Shown: positions 1 through 15,000 of the stretch, in pieces
How positions within the stretch are numbered: position 1 is the first letter of the stretch
Layout of the letters: every line of letters begins with the position of its first letter
Source of the DNA: Eledone cirrhosa
Taxonomy: Eukaryota
Assembly: GCA_964016885.1 (NCBI GenBank)
Contig: OZ024744.1
Span: forward strand, 109,244,001 to 109,308,000
Reading direction: 5' to 3'
DNA: 64,000 nucleotides
Made by a program: the position numbers and the translations under genes
Notes under the pieces: model-generated
Told to the model about the DNA's origin: nothing
The model's input: only the letters and a program-made list of their open reading frames with translations
Database searches by the model: none

Positions 1-3000
1 TCATCAGTGGTGTGGTAGATAACTACCAGACATAGACTGACCATGTTGTGTTGGTCACTACTGAGACCTCCTGTGTCATCAGTGGTGTGGTAGATAACTA
101 CCAGACATTGACTGACCATGTTGTGTTGGTCACTACTGAGACCTCCTGTGTCATCAGTGTTGTGGTAGATAACTACCAGACATTAACTGACCATGTTGTG
201 TTGGTCACTACTGAGACCTCCTGTGTCATCAGTGGTGTGGTAGATAACTACCAGACATTGACTGACCATGTTGTGTTGGTCACTACTGAGACCTCCTGTG
301 TCATCAGTGGTGTGGTAGATAACTACCAGACATTAACTGACCATGTTGTGTTGGTCACTACTGAGACCTCCTGTGTCATCAGTGGTGTGGTAGATAACTA
401 CCAGACATTGACTGACCATGTTGTGTTGGTCACTACTGAGACCTCCTGTGTCATCAGTGGTGTGGTAGATAACTACCAGATATTGACTGACCATGTTGTG
501 TTGGTCACTACTGAGACCTCCTGTGTCATCAGTGGTGTGGTAGATAACTGCCACCAGACATTGACTGACCATGTTGTGTTGGTCACTAATGAGACCTCCT
601 GTGTCACCAGTGGTGTGGTAGATAACTACCAGACATTGACTGACCATGTTGTGTTGGTCACTACTGAGACCTCCTGTGTCATCAGTGGTGTCGTAAATAA
701 CTACCAGACATTGACTGACCATGTTGTGTTGGTCACTACTGAGACCTCCTGTGTCATCAGTGGTGTGGTAGATAACTACCAGACATAGACTGACCATGTT
801 GTGTTGGTCACTACTGAGACCTCCTGTGTCATCAGTGGTGTGGTAGATAACTACCAGATATTGACTGGCCATGTTGTGTTGGTCACTACTGAGACCTCCT
901 GTGTCACCAATGGTATGGTAGATTACTACCAGACATTGACTGACCATGTTGTGTTGGTCACTACTGAGACCTCCTGTGTCACCAGTGGTGTGGTAGATAA
1001 CAAACCAGATATTGACTGACCATGTTGTATTGGTCACTACTGAAACCTCCTGTGTCATCAGTGGTGTGGTAGATAACTACCAGACATTGACTGACCATGT
1101 TGTGTTGGTCACTACTGAGACCACCTGTGTCATCAGTGGTGGTAGATAACTACCAGACATTGACTGACCATGTTGTGTTGGTCACTACTGAGACCTGTGT
1201 CATCAGTGGTGTGGTAGATAACTACCAGACATTGAGTGACCATGTTGTGTTGGTCACTACTGAGACCAGCTGTGTCACCAGTGGTGTGGTAGATAACTAC
1301 CAGACATAGACTGACCATGTTGTGTTGGTCACTACTTAGACCTCCTGTGTCATCAGTGTTGTTGTAGATAACTACCAGACATTGACTGACCATGTTGTGT
1401 TGGTCACTACTGAGACCTCCTGTGTCATCAGTGGTGTGGTAGATAACTACCAGACATTGACTGACCATGTTGTTGGTCGCTACTGAGACCTCATGTGTCA
1501 CCAGTGGTGTGGTAGATAACTACCAGACATAGACTGACCATGTTGTGTTGGTCACTACTTAGACCTCCTGTGTCATCAGTGTTCTGGTAGATAACTACAA
1601 GACATTGACTGACCATGTTGTGTTGGTCACAACTGAGACCTCCTGTGTCATCAGTGGTGTGGTAGATAACTACCAGATATTGACTGACCATGTTGTGTTG
1701 GTCACTACTGAGACATCCTGTCATCAGTGGTGTGGTAGATATCTACCAGATATTGACTGACCATGTTGTGTTGGTCACTACTGAGACCTGTGTCATCAGT
1801 GGTGTGGTAGATAACTACCAGACATTGACTGACCATGTTGTGTTGGTCACTACTGAGACCTCCTGTGTCATCAGTGGTGTGGTAGATAACTACCAGACAT
1901 TGACTGACCATGTTGTGTTGGTCAGTACTGAGACCTCCTGTGTCATCAGTGGTGTGGTAGATAACTACCAGACACTGACTGACCATGTTGTGTTGGTCAC
2001 TACTGAGACCTCCTGTCATCAGTGGTGTGGTAGATATCTACCAGACATTGACTGACCATGTTGTGTTGGTCACTACTGAGACCTGTGTCATCAGTGGTGT
2101 GGTAGATAACTACCAGACATTGACTGACCATGTGTTGGTCACTACTGAGACCTCCTATGTCATCAGTGGTGTGGTAGATAACTACCAGACATTGACTGAC
2201 CATGTTGTGTTGGTCACTACTGAGACCTGTGTCATCAGTGGTGTGGTAGATAACTACCAGACATTGACTGACCATGTGTTGGTCACTACTGAGACCTCCT
2301 GTGTCATCAGTGGTGTGGTAGATAACTACCAGACATTGACTGACCATGTTGTGTTGGTCACTACTGAGACCTCCTGTGTCATCAGTGGTGTGGTAGATAA
2401 CTACCAGACATTGACTGACCATGTTGTGTTGGTCACTACTGAGACCTGTGTCATCAGTGGTGTGGTAGATAACTACCAGATATTGACTGACCATGTTGTG
2501 TTGGTCACTACTGAGACCTCCTGTGTCATCAGTGGTGTGGTAGATAACTACCAGATATTGACTGACCATGTTGTGTTGGTCACTACTTAGACCTCCTGTG
2601 TCATCAGTGTTGTGGTAGATAACTACCAGATATTGACTGACCATGTTGTGTTGGTCACTACTTAGACCTCCTGTGTCATCAGTGGTGTGGTAGATAACTA
2701 CCAGACATTAACTGACCATGTTGTGTTGGTCACTACTGAGACCTCCTGTGTCATCAGTGGTGTGGTAGATAACTACCAGACATTGACTGACCATGTTGTG
2801 TTGGTCACTACTGAGACCTCCTGTGTCATCAGTGGTGTGGTAGATAACTACCAGACATTAACTGACCATGTTGTGTTGGTCACTACTGAGACCTCCTGTG
2901 TCATCAGTGGTGTGGTAGATAACTACCAGACATTGACTGACCATGTTGTGTTGGTCACTACTGAGACCTCCTGTGTCATCAGTGGTGTGGTAGATAACTA

Positions 3001-6000
3001 CCAGATATTGACTGACCATGTTGTGTTGGTCACTACTGAGACCTCCTGTGTCTTCAGTGGTGTGGTAGATAACTGCCACCAGACATTGACTGACCATGTT
3101 GTGTTGGTCACTAATGAGACCTCCTGTGTCACCAGTGGTGTGGTAGATAACTACCAGACATTGACTGACCATGTTGTGTTGGTCACTACTGAGACCTCCT
3201 GTGTCATCAGTGGTGTCGTAGATAACTACCAGACATTGACTGACCATGTTGTGTTGGTCACTACTGAGACCTCCTGTGTCATCAGTGGTGTGGTAGATAA
3301 CTACCAGACATAGACTGACCATGTTGTGTTGGTCACTACTGAGACCTCCTGTGTCATCAGTGGTGTGGTAGATAACTACCAGATATTGACTGGCCATGTT
3401 GTGTTGGTCACTACTGAGACCTCCTGTGTCACCAATGGTATGGTAGATTACTACCAGACATTGACTGACCATGTTGTGTTGGTCACTACTGAGACCTCCT
3501 GTGTCATCAGTGTTGTGGTAGATAACTACCAGATATTGACTGACCATGTTGTGTTGCTCACTACTGAGACCTCCTGTGTCATCAGTGGTGTGGTAGATAA
3601 CTACCAGACATTGACTGACCATGTTGTTGGTCGCTACTGAGACCTGTGTCACAAGTGGTGTGGTAGATAACAAACCAGATATTGACTGACCATGTTGTAT
3701 TGGTCACTACTGAAACCTCCTGTGTCATCAGTGGTGTGGTAGATAACTACCAGACATTGACTGACCATGTTGTGTTGGTCACTACTGAGACCACCTGTGT
3801 CATCAGTGGTGGTAGATAACTACCAGACATTGACTGACCATGTTGTGTTGGTCACTACTGAGACCTGTGTCATCAGTGGTGTGGTAGATAACTACCAGAC
3901 ATTGAGTGACCATGTTGTGTTGGTCACTACTGAGACCTGCTGTGTCACCAGTGGTGTGGTAGATAACTACCAGACATAGACTGACCATGTTGTGTTGGTC
4001 ACTACTTAGACCTCCTGTGTCATCAGTGTTGTTGTAGATAACTACCAGACATTGACTGACCATGTTGTGTTGGTCACTACTGAGACCTCCTGTGTCATCA
4101 GTGGTGTGGTAGATAACTACCAGACATTGACTGACCATGTTGTTGGTCGCTACTGAGACCTCATGTGTCACCAGTGGTATGGTAGATAACTACCAGACAT
4201 AGACTGACCATGTTGTGTTGGTCACTACTTAGACCTCCTGTGTCATCAGTGTTGTGGTAGATAACTACAAGACATTGACTGACCATGTTGTGTTGGTCAC
4301 AACTGAGACCTCCTGTGTCATCAGTGGTGTGGTAGATAACTACCAGATATTGACTGACCATGTTGTGTTGGTCACTACTGAGACATCCTGTCATCAGTGG
4401 TGTGGTAGATATCTACCAGATGTTGACTGACCATGTTGTGTTGGTCACTACTGAGACCTGTGTCATCAGTGGTGTGGTAGATAACTACCAGACATTGACT
4501 GACCATGTTGTGTTGGTCACTACTGAGACCTCCTGTGTCATCAGTGGTGTGGTAGATAACTACCAGACATTGACTGACCATGTTGTGTTGGTCAGTACTG
4601 AGACCTCCTGTGTCATCAGTGGTGTGGTAGATAACTACCAGACACTGACTGACCATGTTGTGTTGGTCACTACTGAGACCTCCTGTCATCAGTGGTGTGG
4701 TAGATATCTACTAGACATTGACTGACCATGTTGTGTTGGTCACTACTGAGACCTGTGTCATCAGTGGTGTGGTAGATAACTACCAGACAGTGACTGACCA
4801 TGTGTTGGTCACTACTGAGACCTCCTATGTCATCAGTGGTGTGGTAGATAACTACCAGACATTGACTGACCATGTTGTGTTGGTCACTACTGAGACCTGT
4901 GTCATCAGTGGTGTGGTAGATAACTACCAGACATTGACTGACCATGTGTTGGTCACTACTGAGACCTCCTGTGTCATCAGTGGTGTGGTAGATAACTACC
5001 AGACATTGACTGACCATGTTGTGTTGGTCACTACTGAGACCCCCTGTGACATCAGTGGTGTGGTAGATAACTACCAGACATTGACTGACCATGTTGTGTT
5101 GGTCACTACTGAGACCTGTGTCACCAGTGGTGTGGTAGATAAATACCAGACATTTACTGACCATGTTGTGTTGGTCACTACTGAGACCTCCTGTGTCATC
5201 AGTGGTGTGGTAAATAACTACCAGACATTAACTGACCATGTTGTGTTGGTCACTACTGAGACCTCCTGTGTCATCAGTGGTGTGGTAGATAGCTACCAGA
5301 CATTGACTGACCATGTTGTGTTGGTCACTACTGAGACCTCCTGTGTCATCAGTGGTGTGGTAGATAACTACCAGATATTGACTGACCATGTTGTGTTGGT
5401 CACTACTGAGACCTCCTGTGTCATCAGTGGTGTGGTAGATAACTGCCACCAGACATTGACTGACCATGTTGTGTTGGTCACTAATGAGACCTCCTGTGTC
5501 ACCAGTGGTGTGGTAGATAACTACCAGCCATTGACTGACCATGTTGTGTTGGTCACTACTGAGACCTCCTGTGTCATCAGTGGTGTGGTAGATAACTACC
5601 AGACATTGACTGACCATGTTGTGTTGGTCACTACTGAGACCTCCTGTGTCATCAGTGGTGTGGTAGATAACTACAAGACATTGACTGACCATGTTGTGTT
5701 GGTCACAACTGAGACCTCCTGTGTCATCAGTGGTGTGGTAGATAACTACCAGATATTGACTGACCATGTTGTGTTGGTCACTACTGAGACATCCTGTCAT
5801 CAGTGGTGTGGTAGATATCTACCAGATATTGACTGACCATGTTGTGTTGGTCACTACTGAGACCTGTGTCATCAGTGGTGTGGTAGATAACTACCAGACA
5901 TTGACTGACCATGTTGTGTTGGTCACTACTGAGACCTCCTGTGTCATCAGTGGTGTGGTAGATAACTACCAGACATTGAGTGACCATGTTGTGTTGGTCA

Positions 6001-9000
6001 CTACTGAGACCTGCTGTGTCACCAGTGGTGTGGTAGATAACTACCAGACATAGACTGACCATGTTGTGTTGGTCACTACTTAGACCTCCTGTGTCATCAG
6101 TGTTGTTGTAGATAACTACCAGACATTGACTGACCATGTTGTGTTGGTCACTACTGAGACCTCCTGTGTCATCAGTGGTGTGGTAGATAACTACCAGACA
6201 TTGACTGACCATGTTGTTGGTCGCTACTGAGACCTCATGTGTCACCAGTGGTATGGTAGATAACTACCAGACATAGACTGACCATGTTGTGTTGGTCACT
6301 ACTTAGACCTCCTGTGTCATCAGTGTTGTGGTAGATAACTACAAGACATTGACTGACCATGTTGTGTTGGTCACAACTGAGACCTCCTGTGTCATCAGTG
6401 GTGTGGTAGATAACTACCAGATATTGACTGACCATGTTGTGTTGGTCACTACTGAGACATCCTGTCATCAGTGGTGTGGTAGATATCTACCAGATATTGA
6501 CTGACCATGTTGTGTTGGTCACTACTGAGACCTGTGTCATCAGTGGTGTGGTAGATAACTACCAGACATTGACTGACCATGTTGTGTTGGTCACTACTGA
6601 GACCTCCTGTGTCATCAGTGGTGTGGTAGATAACTACCAGACATTGACTGACCATGTTGTGTTGGTCAGTACTGAGACCTCCTGTGTCATCAGTGGTGTG
6701 GTAGATAACTACCAGACACTGACTGACCATGTTGTGTTGGTCACTACTGAGACCTCCTGTCATCAGTGGTGTGGTAGATATCTACTAGACATTGACTGAC
6801 CATGTTGTGTTGGTCACTACTGAGACCTGTGTCATCAGTGGTGTGGTAGATAACTACCAGACAGTGACTGACCATGTGTTGGTCACTACTGAGACCTCCT
6901 ATGTCATCAGTGGTGTGGTAGATAACTACCAGACATTGACTGACCATGTTGTGTTGGTCACTACTGAGACCTGTGTCATCAGTGGTGTGGTAGATAACTA
7001 CCAGACATTGACTGACCATGTGTTGGTCACTACTGAGACCTCCTGTGTCATCAGTGGTGTGGTAGATAACTACCAGACATTGACTGACCATGTTGTGTTG
7101 GTCACTACTGAGACCCCCTGTGACATCAGTGGTGTGGTAGATAACTACCAGACATTGACTGACCATGTTGTGTTGGTCACTACTGAGACCTGTGTCACCA
7201 GTGGTGTGGTAGATAAATACCAGACATTGACTGACCATGTTGTGTTGGTCACTACTGAGACCTCCTGTGTCATCAGTGGTGTGGTAGATAACTACCAGAC
7301 ATTAACTGACCATGTTGTGTTGGTCACTACTGAGACCTCCTGTGTCATCAGTGGTGTGGTAGATAACTACCAGACATTGACTGACCATGTTGTGTTGGTC
7401 ACTACTGAGACCTCCTGTGTCATCAGTGGTGTGGTAGATAACTACCAGATATTGACTGACCATGTTGTGTTGGTCACTACTGAGACCTCCTGTGTCATCA
7501 GTGGTGTGGTAGATAACTGCCACCAGACATTGACTGACCATGTTGTGTTGGTCACTAATGAGACCTCCTGTGTCACCAGTGGTGTGGTAGATAACTACCA
7601 GCCATTGACTGACCATGTTGTGTTGGTCACTACTGAGACCTCCTGTGTCATCAGTGGTGTGGTAGATAACTACCAGACATTGACTGACCATGTTGTGTTG
7701 GTCACTACTGAGACCTCCTGTGTCATCAGTGGTGTGGTAGATAACTACCAGACATTGACTGACCATGTTGTGTTGGTCACTACTGAGACCTGTGTCATCA
7801 GTGGTGTGGTAGATAACTACCAGACATTGACTGACCATGTTGTGTTGGTCACTACTGAGACCTGTGTCATCAGGTGTGTGGTAGATAACTACCAGACATT
7901 GACTGACCATGTTGTGTTGGTCACTACTGACACCTCCTGTGTCATCAGTGGTGTGGTAGATAACTGCCACCAGACATTGACTGACCATGTTGTGTTGGTC
8001 ACTACTGAGACCTCCTAGTCACCAGTGGTGTGGTAGATAACTACCAGACATTGACTGACCATGTTGTGTTGGTCGCTACTGAGACCACCTGTGTCACCAG
8101 TGGTGTGGTAGATAACTACCAGCCATTGACTGACCATGTTGTGTTGGTCACTACGGAGACCTCCTGTGTCGCCAGTGGTATGGTAGATAACTACCAGACA
8201 TTGACTGACCATGTTGTGTTGGTCACTACTGAGCCCTGTGTCATCAGTGGTGTGGTAGATAACTACCAGACATTGACTGACCATGTTGTGTTGGTCACTA
8301 CTAAGACCTGTGTCACCAGTGGTGTGGTAGATAACTACCAGACATTAACTGACCATGTTGTGTTGGTCACTACTGAGACCTCCTGTGTCATCAGTGGTGT
8401 GGTAGATAACTACCAGACATTGACTGACCATGTTGTGTTGGTCACTACTGAGACCTCCCGTGTCATCAGTGGTGTGGTAGATAACTACCAGACATTGACT
8501 GACCATGTTGTGTTGGTCACTACTGAGACCTCCCGTGTCATCAGTGGTGTGGTAGATAACTACCAGACATTAACTGACCATGTTGTGTTGGTCACTACTG
8601 AGACCTCCTGTGTCATCAGTGGTGTGGTAGATAACTACCAGACATAGACTGACCATGTTGTGTTGGTCACTACTGAGACCTCTTGTGTCATCAGTGGTGT
8701 GGTAGATAACTACCACCAGACATTGACTGACCATGTTCTGTTGGTCACTACTGAGACCCCCTGTGTCATCAGTGGTGTGGTAGATAACTACCAGACATTG
8801 ACTGACCGTGTTGTGTTGGTCACTACTGAGACCTCCTGTGTCATCAGTGGTGTGGTAGATAACTACCAGACATTGACTGACCATGTTGTGTTGGTCACTA
8901 CTGAGACCTCCTGTGTCATCAGTGGTGTGGTAGATAACTACCAGACATTGACTGACCATGTTGTGTTGGTCACTACTGAGACCTGTGTCATCAGTGGTGT

Positions 9001-12000
9001 GGTAGATAACTACCAGACATTGACTGACCATGTTCTGTTGGTCCCTACTGAGACCTCCTGTGTCATCAGTGGTGTGGTAGATAACTACCAGACATTGACT
9101 GACCATGTTGTGTTGGTCACTACTGGGACCTCCTGTGTCATCAGTGGTGTGGTAGATAACTGCCACCAGACATTGACTGACCATGTTGTGTTGGTCACTA
9201 CTGAGACCTCCTAGTCACCAGTGGTGTGGTAGATAACTACCAGATATTGACTGACCATGTTGTGTTGGTCACTACTGAGACCTGTGTCACCAGTGGTGTG
9301 GTAGATAACTACCAGACATTGACTGACCATGATGTGTTGGTCACTACTGAGACCTCCTGTGTCATCAGTGTTGTGGTAGATAACTACCAGATATTGACTG
9401 ACCATGTTGTGTTGGTCACTACTGAGACCTCCTGTGTCATCAGTGTTGTGGTAGATAACTACCAGACATTGACTGACCATGTTGTGTTGGTCACTACTGA
9501 GACCTCCTGTGTCATCAGTGGTGTGGTAGATAACTACCAGATATTGACTGACCATGTTGTATTGGTCACTACTGAGACCTCCTGTGTCATCAGTGGTGTG
9601 GTAGATAACTACCAGACATTGACTGACCATGTTGTGTTGGTCACTACTGACACCTCCTGTGTCATCAGTGGTGTGGTAGATAACTACCAGACATTGACTG
9701 ACCATGTTGTGTTGGTCACTACTGAGACCTCCTGTGTCATCAGTGGTGTGGTAGATAACTACCAGACATTGACTGACCATGTTGTGTTGGTCACTACTGA
9801 GACCTGTGTCATCAGTGGTGTGGTAGATAACTACCAGACATTGACTGACCATGTTGTGTTGGTCACTACTGAGACCTCCTGTGTCATCAGTGGTGTCGTA
9901 GATAACTACCACCAGACATTGATTGACCATGTTGTGTTGGTCACTACTGAGACCTGTGTCATCAGTGGTGTGGTAGATAACTACCAGACATTGACTGACC
10001 ATGTTGTGTTGGTCACTACTGAGACCTCCTGTGTCATTAGTGGTGTGGTAGATAACTACCAGACATTGACTGACCATGTTGTGTTGGTCACTACTGAGAC
10101 CTCCTGTGTCATCAGTGGTGTGGTAGATAACTACCAGACATTGACTGACCATGTTGTGTTGGTCACTACTGAGACCTGTGTCATCAGTGGTGTGGTAGAT
10201 AACTACCAGACATTGACTGACCATGTTGTGTTGGTCACTACTGAGACCTCCTGTGTCATCAGTGGTGTGGTAGATAACTACCAGACATTGACTGACCATG
10301 TTGTGTTGGTCACTACTGAGACCTGTGTCATCAGTGGTGTGGTAGATAACTACCAGATATTGACTGACCATGTTGTGTTGGTCACTACTGAGACCTCCTG
10401 TGTCATCAGTGGTGTGGTAGATAACTACCAGATATTGACTGACCATGTTGTGTTGGTCACTACTTAGACCTCCTGTGTCATCAGTGTTGTGGTAGATAAC
10501 TACCAGATATTGACTGACCATGTTGTGTTGGTCACTACTTAGACCTCCTGTGTCATCAGTGGTGTGGTAGATAACTACCAGACATTGACTGACCATGTTG
10601 TATTGGTCACTACTGAGACCACCTGTGTCATCAGTGGTGTGGTAGAAAACTACCAGACCTTGACTGACCATGTTGTGTTGGTCACTACTGAGACCTGTGT
10701 CACCAGTGGTGTGGTAGATAACTACCAGACATTGACTGACCATGTTGTGTTGGTCACTACTGAGACCTCCTGTGTCATCAGTGGTGTGGTAGATAACTAC
10801 CAGACATAGACTGACCATGTTGTGTTGGTCACTACTGAGACCTGTGTCACCAGTGGTGTGGTAGATAACTACCAGACATTGACTGACCATGTTGTGTTGG
10901 TCACTACTGAGACCGCCTGTGTCATCAGTGGTGTGGTAGATAACTACCAGACATAGACTGACCATGTTGTGTTGGTCACTACTGAGACCTCCTGTGTCAT
11001 CAGTGGTGTGGTAGATAACTACCAGACATTGACTGACCATGTTGTGTTGGTCACTACTGAGACCTCCTGTGTCATCAGTGTTGTGGTAGATAACTACCAG
11101 ACATTAACTGACCATGTTGTGTTGGTCACTACTGAGACCTCCTGTGTCATCAGTGGTGTGGTAGATAACTACCAGACATTGACTGACCATGTTGTGTTGG
11201 TCACTACTGAGACCTCCTGTGTCATCAGTGGTGTGGTAGATAACTACCAGACATTGACTGACCATGTTGTGTTGGTCACTACTGAGACCTCCTGTGTCAT
11301 CAGTGGTGTGGTAGATAACTACCAGATATTGACTGACCATGTTGTGTTGGTCACTACTGAGACCTCCTGTGTCATCAGTGGTGTGGTAGATAACTGCCAC
11401 CAGACATTGACTGACCATGTTGTGTTGGTCACTAATGAGACCTCCTGTGTCACCAGTGGTGTGGTAGATAACTACCAGACATTGACTGACCATGTTGTGT
11501 TGGTCACTACTGAGACCTCCTGTGTCATCAGTGGTGTCGTAGATAACTACCAGACATTGACTGACCATGTTGTGTTGGTCACTACTGAGACCTCCTGTGT
11601 CATCAGTGGTGTGGTAGATAACTACCAGACATAGACTGACCATGTTGTGTTGGTCACTACTGAGACCTCCTGTGTCATCAGTGGTGTGGTAGATAACTAC
11701 CAGATATTGACTGGCCATGTTGTGTTGGTCACTACTGAGACCTCCTGTGTCACCAATGGTATGGTAGATTACTACCAGACATTGACTGACCATGTTGTGT
11801 TGGTCACTACTGAGACCTCCTGTGTCATCAGTGTTGTGGTAGATAACTACCAGATATTGACTGACCATGTTGTGTTGCTCACTACTGAGACCTCCTGTGT
11901 CATCAGTGGTGTGGTAGATAACTACCAGACATTGACTGACCATGTTGTTGGTCACTACTGAGACCTGTGTCATCAGTGGTGTGGTAGATAACTACCAGAC

Positions 12001-15000
12001 ATTGAGTGACCATGTTGTGTTGGTCACTACTGAGACCTGCTGTGTCACCAGTGGTGTGGTAGATAACTACCAGACATAGACTGACCATGTTGTGTTGGTC
12101 ACTACTTAGACCTCCTGTGTCATCAGTGTTGTTGTAGATAACTACCAGACATTGACTGACCATGTTGTGTTGGTCACTACTGAGACCTCCTGTGTCATCA
12201 GTGGTGTGGTAGATAACTACCAGACATTGACTGACCATGTTGTTGGTCGCTACTGAGACCTCATGTGTCACCAGTGGTGTGGTAGATAACTACCAGACAT
12301 AGACTGACCATGTTGTGTTGGTCACTACTTAGACCTCCTGTGTCATCAGTGTTGTGGTAGATAACTACAAGACATTGACTGACCATGTTGTGTTGGTCAC
12401 AACTGAGACCTCCTGTGTCATCAGTGGTGTGGTAGATAACTACCAGATATTGACTGACCATGTTGTGTTGGTCACTACTGAGACATCCTGTCATCAGTGG
12501 TGTGGTAGATATCTACCAGATATTGACTGACCATGTTGTGTTGGTCACTACTGAGACCTGTGTCATCAGTGGTGTGGTAGATAACTACCAGACATTGACT
12601 GACCATGTTGTGTTGGTCACTACTGAGACCTCCTGTGTCATCAGTGGTGTGGTAGATAACTACCAGACATTGACTGACCATGTTGTGTTGGTCAGTACTG
12701 AGACCTCCTGTGTCATCAGTGGTGTGGTAGATAACTACCAGACACTGACTGACCATGTGTTGGTCACTACTGAGACCTCCTGTCATCAGTGGTGTGGTAG
12801 ATATCTACCAGACATTGACTGACCATGTTGTGTTGGTCACTACTGAGACCTGTGTCATCAGTGGTGTGGTAGATAACTACCAGACATTGACTGACCATGT
12901 GTTGGTCACTACTGAGACCTCCTATGTCATCAGTGGTGTGGTAGATAACTACCAGACATTGACTGACCATGTTGTGTTGGTCACTACTGAGACCTGTGTC
13001 ATCAGTGGTGTGGTAGATAACTACCAGACATTGACTGACCATGTGTTGGTCACTACTGAGACCTCCTGTGTCATCAGTGGTATGGTAGATAACTACCAGA
13101 CATTGACTGACCATGTTGTGTTGGTCACTACTGAGACCCCCTGTGACATCAGTGGTGTGGTAGATAACTACCAGACATTGACTGACCATGTTGTGTTGGT
13201 CACTACTGAGACCTCCTGTGTCATCAGTGGTGTGGTAGATAACTACCACCAGACATTGACTGACCATGTTGTGTTGGTCACTACTGAGACCTCCTGTGTC
13301 ATCAGTAGTGTGGTAGATAACTACCAGACATTGACTGACCATGTTGTGTTGGTCACTACTGAGACCTCCTGTGTCATCAGTGGTGTGGTAGATAACAACC
13401 AGACATTGACTGACCATGTTGTGTTGGTCACTACTGAGACCTCCTGTGTCATCAGGTGTGTGGTAGATAACTACCAGACATTGACTGACCATGTGTTGGT
13501 CACTACTGAGACCTCCTGTGTCACCTGTGGTGTGGTAGATAACTACCAGACATTGACTGACCATGTTGTGTTGGTCACTACTGAGACCTCCTGTGTCATC
13601 AGTGTTGTGGTAGATAACTACCAGACATTGACTGACCATGTTGTGTTGATCACTACTGAGACCTCCTGTGTCATTAGTGGTGTGGTAGATAACTACCAGA
13701 CATTGACTGACCATGTTGTGTTGGTCACTACTGAGACCTGTGTCACCAGTGGTGTGGTAGATAACTGCCACCAGACATTGACTGACCATGTTGTGTTGGT
13801 CACTACTGAGACCTCCTGTGTCATCAGTGGTGTGGTAGATAACTACCAGACATTAACTGACCATTTTGTGTTGGTCACTACTGAGACCTCCCGTGTCATC
13901 AGTGGTGTGGTAGATAACTACCAGACATTGACTGACCATGTTGTGTTGGTCACTACTGAGACCTGTGTCATCAGTGGTGTGGTAGATAACTACCAGACAT
14001 TGACTGACCATGTTGTGTTGGTCACTACTGAGACCTCCTGTGTCATCAGTGGTGTCGTAGATAACTACCAGACATTGACTGACCATGTTGTGTTGGTCAC
14101 TACTGAGACCTGTGTCATCAGTGGCGTAGTAGATAACTACCAGACATTGACTGACCATGTTGTGTTGGTCACTACTGAGACCTCCTGTGTCATCAGTGGT
14201 GTGGTAGATAACTACCAGATATTGACTGACCATGTTGTGTTGGTCACTACTGAGACCTGTGTCACCAGTGGTGTGGTAGATAACTACCAGATATTGACTG
14301 ACCATGTTGTATTGGTCACTACTGAAACCTCCTGTGTCATCAGTGGTGTGGTAGATAACTACCAGACATTGACTGACCATGTTGTGTTGGTCACTACTGA
14401 GACCTCCTGTGTCATCAGTGGTGTGGTAGATAACTACCAGACATTGACTGACCATGTTGTGTTGGTCACTACTGAGACCTCCTGTGTCACCAGTGGTGTG
14501 GTAGATAACTACCAGTCATTGACTGACCATGTTGTGTTGGTCACTACTGAGACCACCTGTGTCATCAGTGGTGTGGTAGATAACTACCAGACATTGACTG
14601 ACCATGTTGTGTTGGTCACTACTGAGACCTCCTGTGTCACCAGTGGTGTGGTAGATAGCTACCAGACATAGTCTGACCATGTTGTGTTGATCACTATTTA
14701 GACCTCCTGTGTCATCAGTGTTGTGGTAGATAACTACAAGACATTGACTGACCATGTTGTGTTGGTCACTACTGACACCTCCTGTGTCATCAGTGGTGTG
14801 GTAGATAACTACCAGACATTGACTGGCCATGTTGTGTTGGTCACTACTGAGACCTGTGTCATCAGTGGTGTGGTAGATAACTACCAGACATTGAGTGACC
14901 ATGTTGTGTTGGTCACTACTGAGACCTGCTGTGTCACCAGTGGTGTGGTAGATAACTACCAGACATAGACTGACCATGTTGTATTGGTCACTACTTAGAC

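Noticed and set aside
76-82. CTGATGA on the minus strand of each monomer as an active hammerhead core
   Set aside because: No GAAA follows a stem II on that strand.
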